Of a stretch of DNA of 64,000 bases, positions 46,424 to 60,372 are shown in pieces. Each line of letters opens with the position of its first letter. The first letter of the stretch is position 1. This DNA comes from Trichosphaerium sp. ATCC 40318 (Eukaryota; Protista; Tubulinea), in contig JALMLS010000062.1 in NCBI GenBank assembly GCA_038496445.1, forward strand, positions 248,001-312,000. Reading direction: 5' to 3'. The translations under genes and the position numbers were made by a program. A model generated the notes under the pieces. It saw nothing but the letters and a program-made list of their open reading frames with translations. It was not told the origin of the DNA and searched no databases.

Positions 46424-47568
46424 TGCTACAAGAGATTAGAAAGGTGAAAAACGGTGGCGGTGTAATTAATCTTCCTTTCAACCCACGTGATATTTTCTGT
46501 GTAGATAAAAAAGAGAATACGATTTTGGGTTTCGACAGACGATAAGAAGTATAAAAAAGGATTGAGAAAAACTGCGTACTTGTGTTAGACTTGTTGCCAC
46601 TGGTGTATTTGGTTTAGGAAACTGATAAAATAGTGTAATTTCTAGCTAGCGAGGTGTGAATCAATATTGCGCAACCCAGAGAACTAGCGTTAATGGGTTT
46701 GTTAACTTTGCTAGGCTCATTATTAATGTTTTCTGTAATACTCAAACCATATACCATTTCGCTAGTGATAAAAGTGTACCCATAATTGCCGTAGCTAGCG
46801 ATAAGAAACCGTACGCAAGTTGTATACCACGGGCTACAGTTATGTTTTTCCCTGTGACACGAGTACAGAAAAATGCGGTGAAACAAAGTGGGTTGTGGTT
46901 TGGTCAATTTTTTGCGGTTTTGTCCCCTTTACAGAGCTGTCATGTCACTCCACTAGCGGAAACAGACAAACGCCAATGCTAGCAAGATCCGCTAGTATAA
47001 GCGCTTTCTTTGTGTACGTAGTGAAGGTCTCGCTATATTCAATCACTTGGCGCGGTTTTGGCAACTGCCGCTCAACCTAGTTCGAACACTATTAAACCTC
47101 GTGGTACACACTTTTATCACCAACCGAAAAAAAAACGTCGTAGCGTTCTACGCTCAATTTCTCGGGATGCTACTCCCGATGACATTTTTTGTACGAACCC
47201 CAAAACCTCCGGTAATGGTTGTAAAAGTTAACTGCCTTTTCAAGCCATACAAAACCCCTGCCATCGTTTTGTGGCCACCTTTCTTAGCGATTTATTCCAT
47301 CTTTCTTTCGAAACCTATGGTAACCTCAAAGGTACCTAAGCTTAACAGCTGAACGCAGTATTTACTTACACAAAGATAAAACAGACAAAGCCATGCACCA
47401 TTTCACAAAAAAAGTACAAATGGTCTGGTATCCACAAAAAATCCAGAAAATACGAAAAATAGTTTATTATCACGTGATATAACATACAAATAGTACTTAC
47501 TGCAAGTTCTCCACTTTTTAGTTTATTTTTTCCGTTACACCCTTTAAAGAAAAGTACGGAGGATGTTC

Positions 47569-50500
47569 TTACTCCTCGTTATCATCTTTGATGTTACCCC
47601 AATCTTCCTCCGATATATTTTCCTTAAAGTCGAATTTATATCCACCTTTACCGTCCATCGCGAGTACTTTCTCGTGGTACTTCCATAAAGTATCTCTGTG
47701 TGACACTGTGAATAGTGTAATACCCAGTTCACGACAGTGAGTATACAAGAATCCTTCTACATCAATAGAAACAGCACTGGTACACTCGTCAAGGATTGCT
47801 AAAAGCAACAAAGTTAAAAAAAAAAACTACAAAACTACGTTATAGTATACACCGCTGTGTCTTTTATAAATATTAATAACGCACCGAATTGAGGCTTGTG
47901 ATAGAACAGTCTAGCCATTGCAACACGCTGTTTTTCACCACCTAAAAAAAGCGGAGTGAGACAAAAAGAAAGTTCATAATACTTTTTTCTTTACTGCAGT
48001 AAATATTCACTCACCAGATAACAAGTCTTTCCAGTCATGTACAGAGTCCCATCCCTCGCGATCTATCAAATACTCCAAATGTACTTCTTTCATGAGATGG
48101 GCAAGATCCGCATCAGTACACGTCATATCAGCTACAGCAAATTTCAGCACAAACAAAAAAAAACACTGCAAAAACTACAAGAAAAGTACTAATAACTTTT
48201 CAAACGCACATTTAGAATGAGGGTAAATAATTTGATCGCGGAGAGTGCCAAGGGCCAAGTAAGGTCTCTGTGGAACATAGAAAAGCTTCGTCTTTGCAGG
48301 TTTTGTCATAGTACCTTAAGAAAAGTGATGTGAGTAACATTTCTGTACACTGTCTAAAAACGAAAAAACAAACAATCAAACTACTACATACCTCCCCACA
48401 AAGGCCATAATTCTCCGAGAGTTCTGAAAAGTGACGATTTACCACAACCATTAGGTCCACGGATGATAACATTATCACCAGATTGAACTTCCATGTCAAG
48501 AGATTCAATAAGAACCTCACCATTTGGTGTAACAATTGGTACTTTGTCAAACTTAATCAAATAATCTTTTTCTAGAATCTTTCCAGCACCAGGCTTACGG
48601 TTACATCCTTCAACCATTTGACGGACATATTGACCTTCGAGTTGAAAAAATGTAAGCAAAAAAATACCAAAGAACGAAGAAACTTTTTTTGGGTTCGTAC
48701 CTCCAGTTATGTCCTTCAAGACTTCCACGAGCTCTGTTACACGAGCAGTATAACCAGCGAGACGAGTAAGTTCGCGACCAGCTAAAACCAAACGACCAAC
48801 AGCCATAGCTGAAGCAAAGAGAGTCAATACAGTGAAACATGAGGTGTAAAGAAAATAAACAACATACCTAGATTCACCAACATTCTTCCTGACTTGTAAT
48901 ACTCTTCCATTAGCGCAGAGTACGATAGGTTCGCGAATTTAGGTGTGTTAGGGTCCAAGAAAGGTCTGCTAACGACAAAGTAACCTAAAAACAAATAGAT
49001 TAACTCCAAGTATCAACAGAGTTAAATTTTAAAGAAATAGCACAACAATAGGTTCAACAGCTATTAAAGGATAATCTTGTACGTACCAACAGAAGTAGCA
49101 AGGTACTTTGTGATGAAACTATCAAAAATACCAACAAAGAATCGGAATTGCATGGCTTTCCTCAAGTGATTGCTAACAAGAGTGTAAGACCAACATTAAT
49201 CAACAAAAAAAGTTGAACAAATATTTTCTTGAACTGGTTTCTGTTTTTTGCAAGAAGGACGTACAAGAGCTTCTGGTACGTGTGCTCGAATACGATATGC
49301 TCCCGTTTGTTACCTTAGGATTCGTTAATGACGGACTACTGTATTTTGAGCTCGGTCACGTGTACCTTGATAAAATGCTACTTCTTCACTATGAGTGATT
49401 AGACGCGAGTTTACAAATCTGAAATCTCCCTCTAGTTGCTGTTCTTGGACAGTCAAGCGTCCTGAGAGAATAGTTAATAATGAAATATCAATATCAATTA
49501 ACACGAACCCATAGGACGTCTCACACGGGTAAGAATGAGACCAGCAACCACTAGGTATCCAAGCATAGTTCCAGGACCTTGGAAACTAATTCTTTGATTA
49601 GCAAAAAGGAGAAAAACAAATCTAAATATAGTTTCCACAGTACCCAATCGTGTTTGTAAGTGTACGAGAGTAAATGAATATATCTAATATTGGCTTGCTA
49701 ATATTAGAGTATAAGTCTGCCAAACAATGACAGAACTTGTCAACATCAGTTGTCAATAGTTGATCAGGGTTGGCGATACGAGAATCGAGGTTAGAGAGCT
49801 TGTAGTACGTAAAGCCTAATTTATTTTTAACAACAAGTAACAAAAAAAATTGCAGAGGTTTTTTTGGATAAAAGCTAGGTGTAACGTACCTGCCAAGTAC
49901 TTTTTGTACAAGTGCTTGGTTAGACGCGCTCTGAATAAAAGAGCAAGCTCGTTTAATCCATATTTAAGCACGTTATTGACGACAGAAATAGGAATGATAG
50001 AAAACCAGAATAGAGTTATATTCTTAATAAACTCCTAAAAATGACACGTGTCAGCAGATGTAAAGCATCAAAAGGATAGTACTAACAAAAAAAAAAAGGG
50101 TGTGGTACACAAGTACGGGTTTGATGAAGAAATGTTCAAAAGAAGGCGTAAATACGTTTAAACGTAAAAGAGTAAAAAGAGTAAGAAAAATAAACAAGTT
50201 TCAGATTTCTTACCTTTGGATCTCGCGTGATGATGCTTCTTTCTATGGCTGTACCATTTTCAAGTACCCACAAATCGCACAGTGTACGGATAATGAGCGA
50301 TGCAGCGACTAGAAGAAAAATCGGAAAAGAAAGCTGGTAAGGCGTAGCGTACCAACGACCATATAGAAGGTCTCCATTGTAGCCACACCAGGGACCAAAA
50401 TTGGCAGTAGCGCACGCAAACGCTTATAAAAAGTGTAATCTACAGCAACTCTACGCTTGTCTTTGCGCCTTTGTTTAAAGAATTGCGTCTACAGAAAAAT

Positions 50501-50730
50501 TAGATGCCGTTCACCTTTAACTTGGCTCTTTCTACCTCTTGTTCGCGGGCTTGTATCTTTTTATTGTGTTTATCATACCAGCGAAGTCCGTAGCCCAGTA
50601 ATACCAAACTACCACAATTAACAACAAAGCCACATTAGCGAGCGTACACAGCAACTACACCGCCAATCTTCTTAGGATGGCGTACAGCCTCACCCCCAAT
50701 GTCTTTTAGCGTCGACGCTGCGGAACCCAT
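47569..50730 (-). CDS. Peroxisomal ABCD half-transporter (PMP70/ABCD3-like)
   Basis: [32 protein letters not shown], Walker [37 protein letters not shown]. Confidence 0.94.
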
Positions 50731-50900
50731 GTAGTTTCACGCTAAGCTAAACTGATATAAATCTAAAGCTTCTAAATTGACAGGCGCTAAACGACCACTT
50801 TTTGACTTTGTATTTTGAAGGGAGAAAAAACACAAGTAACCCCCGTTATACTTCATACGTGCGTACTACACTCAATTTTCATATTTAAACGGTTTTTAGC

Positions 50901-52850
50901 ATGTCAGACGATAAAGAATTAATATTCGACTCTAACGGCGATAACCAACGCCAAGAGGACCAATACTTCGGCAGCAAGGATTTAGAGGTAAAGCACTAAT
51001 GTGGTAGTTAGTATTCAATTTACCGTAAACAGGCAAACGAGGGTGGAGACAGTACAGATAATATCATAGAAATCGATAACATACACAAGACATACCTTTT
51101 GGGTGTAGAAGGCGTACCAGCGTTACGGTGCGTATAGCAACATTCTATACTACCCTTCTATCTCCTCGAGCGTTACCAAGCGTTTCTAACGCTAAAATTC
51201 GACTTGAAGACATGTCAAATGAGTCTTCGCAAATATAAGCTAACTCTATATCTGTAGAGGTGTTTCCATGAAGGTTAAACGTGGAGAATTTGTAGTGATA
51301 TTTGGCACTTCTGGAGGTGGTAAAACAACAATGCTGAACGTTATTGGTTCAATAGACAAGCCAACAAAGGGGAGGCTAAAGATATGTGATTGTGGTACCC
51401 ACTTATCGTTAGCTATTATATTTTAGCTCATATACAACTACAGAAATAACGTCTAGAACGCCAGACAAGGTTTTCTCATACATGCGATTGAAAAAGATGT
51501 AAGTGACGTGACATTTTGGTAAATTCTTCTTTCTTGACGTATATGTCTCTTCATGATCCTTATGCCTTTATTTTCTAGTGGGTTTGTATTCCAAACGTTC
51601 AATTTGCTATCATCACTCACAGCAATTGAAAACGTGGAGATGCCAATGATATTAGCTGGAGAATTAAGTGCTAAAGAGCGCCGTAAACGAGCAATGAGTA
51701 CCGGTTTTTTTTTTATTGCTATTAGTTTAAAACCGCTTGATTTCCTTCTGAACGCGGATAAACTACATCAACGTTTGCCCCTAAACTCATTTTAACGTTT
51801 TTGTAGGCTTGCTAGAAAAAGTTGGTGTTCATCATCGAGCACAACATCTCCCATCTATGTTATCAGGAGGAGAACAACAACGTGTACAGAAAATTAATGC
51901 TTTTGGTTTTATTCACCACAACTCTAACGTTTTTTATGTAGGTTACTATAGCTAGATCCGTTGCTAATTCGCCTGATCTACTACTGCTTGATGAACCAAC
52001 GTGCGGTTTTTTCCTAAATTCTTGTGATGTTTGTTCCTTACCTGGCACACGTGGCATAATCTGATAATTATTAGTGGTGATTTGGATAGTGTAAATACTT
52101 GTATAGCAATGAAACTAATCTCAGAGTTGAATAAAAACGAAGGTAAGCAGCAAGCAGTAAACGAAGATCCTTTCTCATATTTTTGTTTCGCAATAGGCAT
52201 AACGTGTATAATGGTAACACATGATGTTAATTTAAAGAACTTTGCGCATAGAGTAATATGGATGCGTGATGGCAAAATTTTTAGAATTGAGAAAGTATCA
52301 GATGAAAAGAGACAAAAGAGATATGCAGAGTTAGAAGAAGAACTTTCAGTGCGTTTTGGTTTTCTTCCTTCTTACTCCAAATATTGCCCTTTTTTTATTT
52401 GCCGTTTTCTCCATTTTGGACCACACGAAACTTCGAAAGTACTTTTTGGTGTACTAGCTTTTATTAGTTTTTTTTTTTTTTTGTCAAAGTATAACTACGC
52501 GTTGGAATTGACAAGTTGCTATTGATACGTGCGGTTTTCTGATGTGTTTTTTTTTTTTAAGGCGTCCGAAAATACAAAGAACACTCCAACACAGTGGCAA
52601 AATACTTACATAAGAAAACCTACAGATTATGAGACACATCAGAACTATAAAGAAGCTGGTACTGTTCTTCTTTTATTTTTTGATGTTTTTTGAGATTTAT
52701 TTTTTTCTTTTTGTAGATTCGTTAAAGTATAACTTCCGATCTACGTTTGACGTGGAGGATGAGTCTGAGATAACTCAAGAAGACTATGAAATACGTACAG
52801 GCCTAATTTCGGAAGAAAATTCTGAAGACGACAAACCCAATTCGGAGTAA
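50901..52850 (+). CDS. Stand-alone LolD/MacB-type ABC ATPase (Dictyostelium AbcH-like)
   Basis: GTSGGGKTT, GFVFQTFNL, LSGGEQQRV, LLLDEPTGDLD, MVTHD; no TM domain. Confidence 0.9.
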
Positions 52851-54117
52851 TGCCATAGATACAGCACGCCCATTGCATGTACAAGCATGTACGAAACGTT
52901 TTCTCGAACTTGGCGAGTTTTATTATTTTCCTTCTACTACTCAAAAACGCGCTGATGAAGCTAAAGTAATTGATCGTAGCAGTTGTACAGTATTTTTAAA
53001 AAAAAATAATAAAAATCTACGAGATTTACGTGTACACTTTAAGAAGTGTAGCTTCTGTTATTTGGCGCACAGTGCCGATAAGTACACTAAACGTTTCGTA
53101 TGTAATGAAAAAAGGTCAATATCTGAAACTGGTTTGGGTTCTCCCCATTGAATCTTTTGGTAATACTGTTGCGCGTATCTCTATGCTTTTTATATTGTTG
53201 TTCTTTTGATTGCGATCGCTAAACAAATCGGTTTCTTTTGCCATAAAACCTTGGTGTTCTCTGTTGTAGTATAAAGCCACAACGAAATGGGTAGTTCATA
53301 TGCACGTTCTATTTATTCTCTAAACTTCCAAACACAAATAAAGTACTGTACCGGCTGTTTATAGTACTCTTCACGCCTTTGTACAGGCCATTGGAATAAA
53401 CAGATAAAAAGGCAGTTTATCTATTTTCCTCAAGCAAACTATTGAAATGGCAATTCGCAATGAGTTCGCGATGACCGTCGTATACATAATGTAACGCCAC
53501 GTACCTTACGTAAGATAGCGTTCCACCAAAAAGGCACAACGCCATGTAAAAAAAAAGTAATAGCACGGTAGCGCTTTGTTCAATAGTGCTTGGGCGCGTG
53601 CAATAACGCTACGGCCATTTCTGAGCTAATTCACAAAACTCGCACGGAATATGCTTGCAAGTATGCAAAGACACAACAGGGAGCAATTTTAAACAAACAA
53701 TAACAAGTTAGGAGACAAAGCAAAAGGCTCCGTGAAATTTTTTGAGTTTCCCGAACCGATACGGTCCTGTTGCTTATGGTGCGTTAGTTCGTGTAACGCC
53801 ATTGGCGACTAGTATTGAAAATAGAAATTTGGTAGATTTACGAAAAATTTAGAACAACAAATCACTTTCAAACCGCAACACTTCCAGTACGTTAATACAT
53901 TAGCGTATATAACACGTAGCGAAAAGGTAAGCTTGTTTTGGGGAATAGTTTGTTTTTTTTGTTCCCTTTTGCTCTTATTGTCGGTGTGAATACTCCCGAT
54001 GGTATTTTCTTGTCGCTGTCAAAGTTTAAGTAAAGTTCCTTGAACAGCAAAAAACTTCTTGAATCTAAACGCGCGATGTGGCCCAACTAAATTGAGAACA
54101 AAGGAAAGCTGGCACAA

Positions 54118-56939
54118 ATGGCGCGAAGAACTCAACGAACCCGTGGGCTAAGACACGACAGCGACGAAGACTTCGCTTTTTCAGCCAGCAGACCTCCAGA
54201 AGAAATAGAGGAAAAAGGAGCACCCAAAATGGTATTACGGAGCTCACGAAAACGCGCAAGACGCGTTTGGACTGCAGACTCAGTAGCTGATGACGACGAC
54301 TTTAAGTATCCTGCTGAGTCTGAATCAGACGAAGAACTAATACCGCCAACAAAGAGATCGCGGGTACGTTTATTTTCTAGCAACGTTTTAGAGTTTTTTG
54401 TGGCATTTGTGCGCACATACTTTGATTATTTCTGCACGTGCAAAACCTTACCGCTTTTAGTCGGCCAGGAGACCCAACGTCAGTAGGCGCGTTCCAAAAG
54501 GAACTGGTAAGTAAAAGATCAGTTTTTGTACGCCAAAAAAGGGTATACAGTGCTATCGATAGCGTTGGTGACGTGTTTCGACTGCCCGGCGTTTCTTTTT
54601 TAACTTTTGCCGTTAAATTCACAATGGCTGTTTTTAATTGTGCTTTTCAACTTGCTTTATACTAAATAACGCCTACAGGGTACAATACACGACACAGAAG
54701 AAGAGTGACACAACAAGAGACCTCTACTACAAGTATTGACGTATGTACTTGTTTTAAATCTTTTTATAACCTCTTTTTTGACGATTATTATTTAATAATT
54801 GTTTTAATCAACGTTCAAACTCAATTTCAAAACCGAAAATGATTAATTCTTTAGGCTGATGACACTGAAGCGGCTGCCGCGTCATTACTCGAGTTGGCAG
54901 AAGCTATAGGGCCACATACTGCACAGAGAAAGACTACTATGAAGTCCAGGGGACCTACTCAACGTGGCGCCCGCGATCAAAGGACCGGACAACGTATGTC
55001 GTTTAAACCTTTACAGCTTGATAGGTGTTATTTGGCAGAGATTGATATTTTTTTTTTTATAGCGCAAGTTGCGGTTGGCGCCCCGACCCATCAACAAGGT
55101 ATGGCCATGAACAATCACGACCAGATGTACCACGTAGCGCAACACCAGCAACAACAGCAACAGGTACTTGTAAAAATATTCCTTAATCGCGCTGTTTATT
55201 CACTGTGGCTATAGAATCAATGGAAACGATGTGCTCTACATGTTCGTATTGCTTATTACATATTCTACGCTCAAAAGAGATCACAACTTCCGGTAAGAAA
55301 TCTCAGCAGTTTTCAAATTAAATTTGAGCGTCATTTCGCCAAATTGGGAAAGCTCAACTTTTTTTTTTCTTGAATTCATTCATTTTCGTTTAAACTCATC
55401 ATTTTGGTTTCTATTTAGAGTCCTCTAAACTTGTTTTCCCAACAGCAAGTAATGACTCCCCTATCACTCGATCCAACTTTAGAGGCTCGCTTACTAAAAG
55501 AAAGAAATGAACCTAATGCAACTGGGCAACAACATATCGCTGTACGTGCTACAGTTACTTTATTGAAACATCTCTAACTAAGGTTATAGAACGGTACAGC
55601 TGCTGCTGCTGCGTTTATGAGCAATAATATGAGACGACATCCACATGAAGCAGCACCCAAACCACCAGTCGTAAGGATTTAATTATTCCTTTTCTTTTGT
55701 TGTCTTGTCTGACATTCTGTAGCAAAATGCACATCAACATGGTGTTCCGCAATCACCTGCTGGACGTACACATCAAATGGCACAAATGCCAATGCATGGA
55801 CAAATGATGCGTACGTTTTAAAGCAAAAGTTTTTGATTTGTAATTTGGCCTAATATTAGTAGATCAACGTGGAGCCCAACCTAATTCTGTACCTGCTATG
55901 CCGCCAATGGGACAAAAATTCCCAAATATAGCTGCACCTGTCACTCACACAAATACCACCCAAGGTGCTCATCGTACGTTTTTTAAAATGTTGAGTAAGT
56001 TTTAATGTCTTTTTTTAAAGTGCCACCTATCAATACTGTCCACTCCAATTTTATGCCTGGTATGAACAATTATTCACACATGATGCATGGTCAACAAGGT
56101 CAACAACAAGCTCACAAGTAAGCACAGAAGGAACATTTTATTTCCGAAAATAAAAAAAAAGCGTGTAACTTTTTTTCTAACATTCTCGTAGTCGTGCTGG
56201 TATGCCGAATCGTGCGGGTCAACTTCCATCATTCAACTCTCCTGGACCAAAATTACAATTACCTCCACTCAGCACAACACCAAAGCAGACAAGTGCACCA
56301 GTACAGCTCCCACAAATCCATGGCAATCACAATATGCCAACCATGCCGGGACAACCTGCACTAAAGAAGGAAACACCTCATAACGCAGCTGCTACACCTG
56401 CTACTGAAGCTTATGCGTCAGGACGCGGATTACCTTCCCTAAAGAATCTGGACCGACTAAAACCTTTTGCTGAGATTAAAAAACCTCCAGCGGGTGCACC
56501 TAATATGTCTGTGCCTTCTTTTGATGCCATTAAAAACCCACAACCAGCTGAACTTCCTGGTGTAACACTGAAGAAGGAAACATCTGCCAATGTTCCTACG
56601 CTTAACCCTCCTAAACTTGAAGTGAAGCAAACAATGCCAGCCACAACGCCTACTCAAGCGCCAACTCAAGTTGTCAAACCTGAGGTACACACTCCATCTA
56701 CAACACCAGCTACAACAGAGAAGCCAAGTGACTCAGTAGTGCATAATTCTGCTACAACTCCAGCCGCTACCAATGGCTCTAACGAGTTGGTTAAAGAAGT
56801 CAAAGCGCCAGTTGAGCAAGCTAAAACTGATGCTACACCGCCTGCAACTGATAGCGTTAAACAAGTTGTGCCTGCAACTTCTGAAAAGAACGAAGCCGCT
56901 GCAGAGGCACCTAAAGCTGAGTCAGTAACAGCAGAGTAA
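54118..56939 (+). CDS. Low-complexity P/Q/H/M-rich nuclear protein with a KRCALHVRIAYYI motif
   Basis: Multi-exon; basic NLS-like segments near the N-terminus, one ordered motif in exon 55215-55292, long P/T/A-rich last exon. Confidence 0.7.
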
Positions 56940-57419
56940 GTAGATTACAGATTTTGACACGACATTTTTTTTTAAATTGTATTTTGTAGGAACGGTAATT
57001 AAACCCAAAAAATAACAAAGAGAGTCACAGTTGAGCTCTTCTTTTGGATTGAATAGGTGCTAAACTTAGTTATCTTGTGATTGCCGTGACAGTTTTCTTG
57101 TTTGTACATACAACCCTCGTTTTTAAACCTTGTATACTTTAGTAGAGGGCAAACATAATAAAATGTTGTACATAATATTGTATTAGTTGGACTGCTGGAC
57201 ATCTGTTAAATACTTCGAATTTCTGTAATTCTAATGTCATTTTTGCTACATTTTGTACTGAATAAAAACTTTCAGCGCGAATTTGCGTGACTTTTGCTGT
57301 CGCTATTTCAAAGCCATTAAATTGATTGTGGTTCCCTTCCGTGCCATCACAACACGTTATTTATTCCCTCTAAGGTATAATTAAGATTACCAGGAGAAAG
57401 GCGGGTCCTGAATTCCACA

Positions 57420-58422
57420 ATGATGGTATGTTGTTCTTTTTGCTCTGTTGTATTAAATATAGCGATAGGCGGATTTTTTAATAACGCAATCTGCAAATTT
57501 GACCTCAATGGCCGCAAAGTCTCTCGCACAAAAGATGGGTGGCACAGTAGGCACTTCAATGGGTAAGGAACTCGTTCAAAAGGTATTGCCGCACTTAGAC
57601 TCGATCACCTCTATTTTGAACACAATCCATACAGAACTATCCACAGTGCAATCCACGCTCAACCAAATGGGCTCAAAGATAGATTTTACAAATATGGCTG
57701 CTTTAGAGGCTGGTGTAGAACTAGCGGAAATGGCTGTCGCCAATAAAGGTTCTGCGCGTGTACAACTAGCATCGGAAGCATTAGGAAAGCTAAAACAGTC
57801 ACGCATTTATTATTACAATATGGCCAATCACAACATACTGTCCCTCTCTAAACCCTCCCAAAAACCAAACAAAACGAAGCTTACGGCTTCACTTGGCGTT
57901 GAGATATGCACGTACTTGATGCTTTATGATCGCGCTCTTGCTTCTGAGCAGCTATGTACAGCATTTTCGGGCATGGTACAGAGTAAAGCAGACTTTGTAG
58001 TACAAGAGGAGATCAAATTGAAGCGTCTTTGGTACGCTCTTAGGAATCATGTCTTGACCGATATTGACGGTACGCTTTCTATTGAGGATTCATGCGCAGA
58101 GTCTGTATTGTTCCTGTGTGCACATAAGGACCAAAAACTCGCTTCAGCAATAAAGAAAGCAGGCGGAGAAGACATTGAACTGATTTTAAAGTTGCAAGTA
58201 GCTGTTGATGAGAAAGTGCTTACAGGTCCGTCAAAAGCTAATTTCCCTGGTAATGAGGGGTTGTTCTGGGATTTTAAGAAGAAAAAGTACATTAAAGGCT
58301 TCTACGCACCAAAACCTTCAAAAGAATGGCAAATAGCTGTAACTGTTGCGACAGCTTTAAAGGTTTGGGATGGCGATGTTGGTCGTGAATCTATTCCTAT
58401 GCCTAGACTTGTTACTATTTAA
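57420..58422 (+). CDS. Hypothetical alpha-helical/coiled-coil protein
   Basis: ATGATG, one intron, then a long open exon (307-aa ORF) with heptad LDSITSILNTIHTELSTVQSTLNQM. Confidence 0.75.
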
Positions 58423-58680
58423 ATCACGTGAAACATTTTCTCTCTTTCTTCTGTTAAAATTTTGACGCCGCAGAACGCACGTGGGTAAAAAAAACTAAAG
58501 GAACTGAGGTTTCACATTGTACAGAAGTAATTACTTGATTTATGTATTTTATAATAAAGATAGCTTTATAGTAAAACAATAACGTTGTCTTGATTAGAAA
58601 TTGAGTTGAAAGGCTAATATTGTTACTTCGCAACAGTTTTTTTTCTATAAGTTGGTAACATTTATTTACTACATGTGTCC

Positions 58681-60119
58681 TTAGATTTCCTTTTCGCCGA
58701 CTTTAATGACTAGTTTTCCTTCCTTTTTGCCTTGAAATAATCTTGTGAATGCTTTTGGTGCATTTTCAATTCCGTCAATTACAGTTTCTTGATATTTCAA
58801 CTTCCCATCGACAACAAACTTTGTAACTTCCTAAAACAAGTATTAACGCTAGCGTCATACAGCAGGTATTTACCGTTAAAAATGTTTCAAAGTGTTTATC
58901 AAAGTAACTCCCAGCTAGGAATCCTTGGAACTTGAGTTCTTTAGTGACTATGTGCATCAAGTTCTTTGGAGAGTAAATCTCAGATTCGTCTTTGTTGTAT
59001 TGAGAAATCATCCCACAGCCTACAATCCTCCCGAAAGCGTTCATTTGGTCGAGCATGATCTCAAGAGTTTTCCCTTTTATCAACGTTAATAATAAGTAAT
59101 TAAATATCACGTGTCCATCACGTGATCATGCTTACCTCCAACATTGTCGAAATAAATATCGATTCCATTAGGACAGTGTTTCTTGACTTCTTCAGCAAGG
59201 TTCGTTGTCGTTTTATAGTTGATACCTAATAATGTCAAAGAGAGAAATATATTTACATGTCTAATACCTGCATCGAAGCCTGCTTCATTTACAATCCAGT
59301 CGACTTTTTGATCTGTTCCCGCAATACCAACCACATGGCACCCTAAACAACTGTAAACGTGTTGTTGACAAGCACTTTGTAAAGGAGGTATTACCGTTTA
59401 ACTTCCCGAGTTGGCCAGCAATACTTCCGACTGCGCCTGCGGCACCTGTGACCACTAGGGTATCACCTTTTTTTGGTTGCCCTATTAACATAGTACCAAT
59501 CCAAGCAGAAAAACCAGTCAATCCTAAGAGTAACAGTTATAGACTTGGCATAAGTGTTGACAAGGTATTACCTAGTGCGCCGAGAAAAAGAGATGCTGGG
59601 ACTTTGCTGTCGTCAATAGCGTACATTGGATAAAGTCCGCTTCCATCTGTTATTGCGTATGATTGCCACCTGGAAAATGTGTTATTTGGTAAACGTTTTT
59701 CTTTTCTCCGTACCCAAAAAAGCCTACTACGATTTGTCCTGGTTTCCATTTTGCGATTTTAGATTCAATTACTTGAGCTACTCCGCCGCCAGTCATTGGT
59801 GTATTGAGAGGGTGTGAACTAATCTATGTTAGCGTGAAAGCAACAACGAAAAGTTGTACAAAAAGTAGTCGTCTTTTTTATCTCCGAAGTCTATCATTTT
59901 TAGCCTCATGTAAGGGTCCAGAGATAAATACAAGACTTTCACGAGAACTCTATCTTCTGGTAAATTGGGAACAGCCTACAAAACCGAAGTAAGAACTCGT
60001 TCTGACTTGTTGTGCCTTGGTCTTACATTTTCGACGTATTTGAAGTTGTCTTCCTTTGGATCTTGTTTTGTGTACGATACTAAATGTATTTGTTTATTAA
60101 TTCGATCACGTGATGCCAT
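58681..60119 (-). CDS. NADP-dependent prostaglandin reductase/alkenal reductase (PTGR1/CurA-like)
   Basis: YLSLDPYMR, LGALGLTGFSAW, VTGAAGAVGSIAGQLGK, GIDIYFDNVGG, CGMISQYN, GKLVI. Confidence 0.93.
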
Positions 60120-60372
60120 GGTAATAATAATACAGTAATTTGATCAAAATGGAAACGAATTCAGCTACGATTTATCCTATCAAAATCGCCTTACCGAATT
60201 CGTCGATGTGTCTGACTTGGATACAAAAAGAAATGTATAGAATTGAAGTTAGATTAATTGACTACTATGGTTATTATATAAATACAGTTTTATGAGCTTT
60301 TTCGTTATGTACAAGCAAGCGTGAAAACTCAAAGAAAATTGGTTGGTTTTTCAGGAGGTAAAACGCTTTTTT

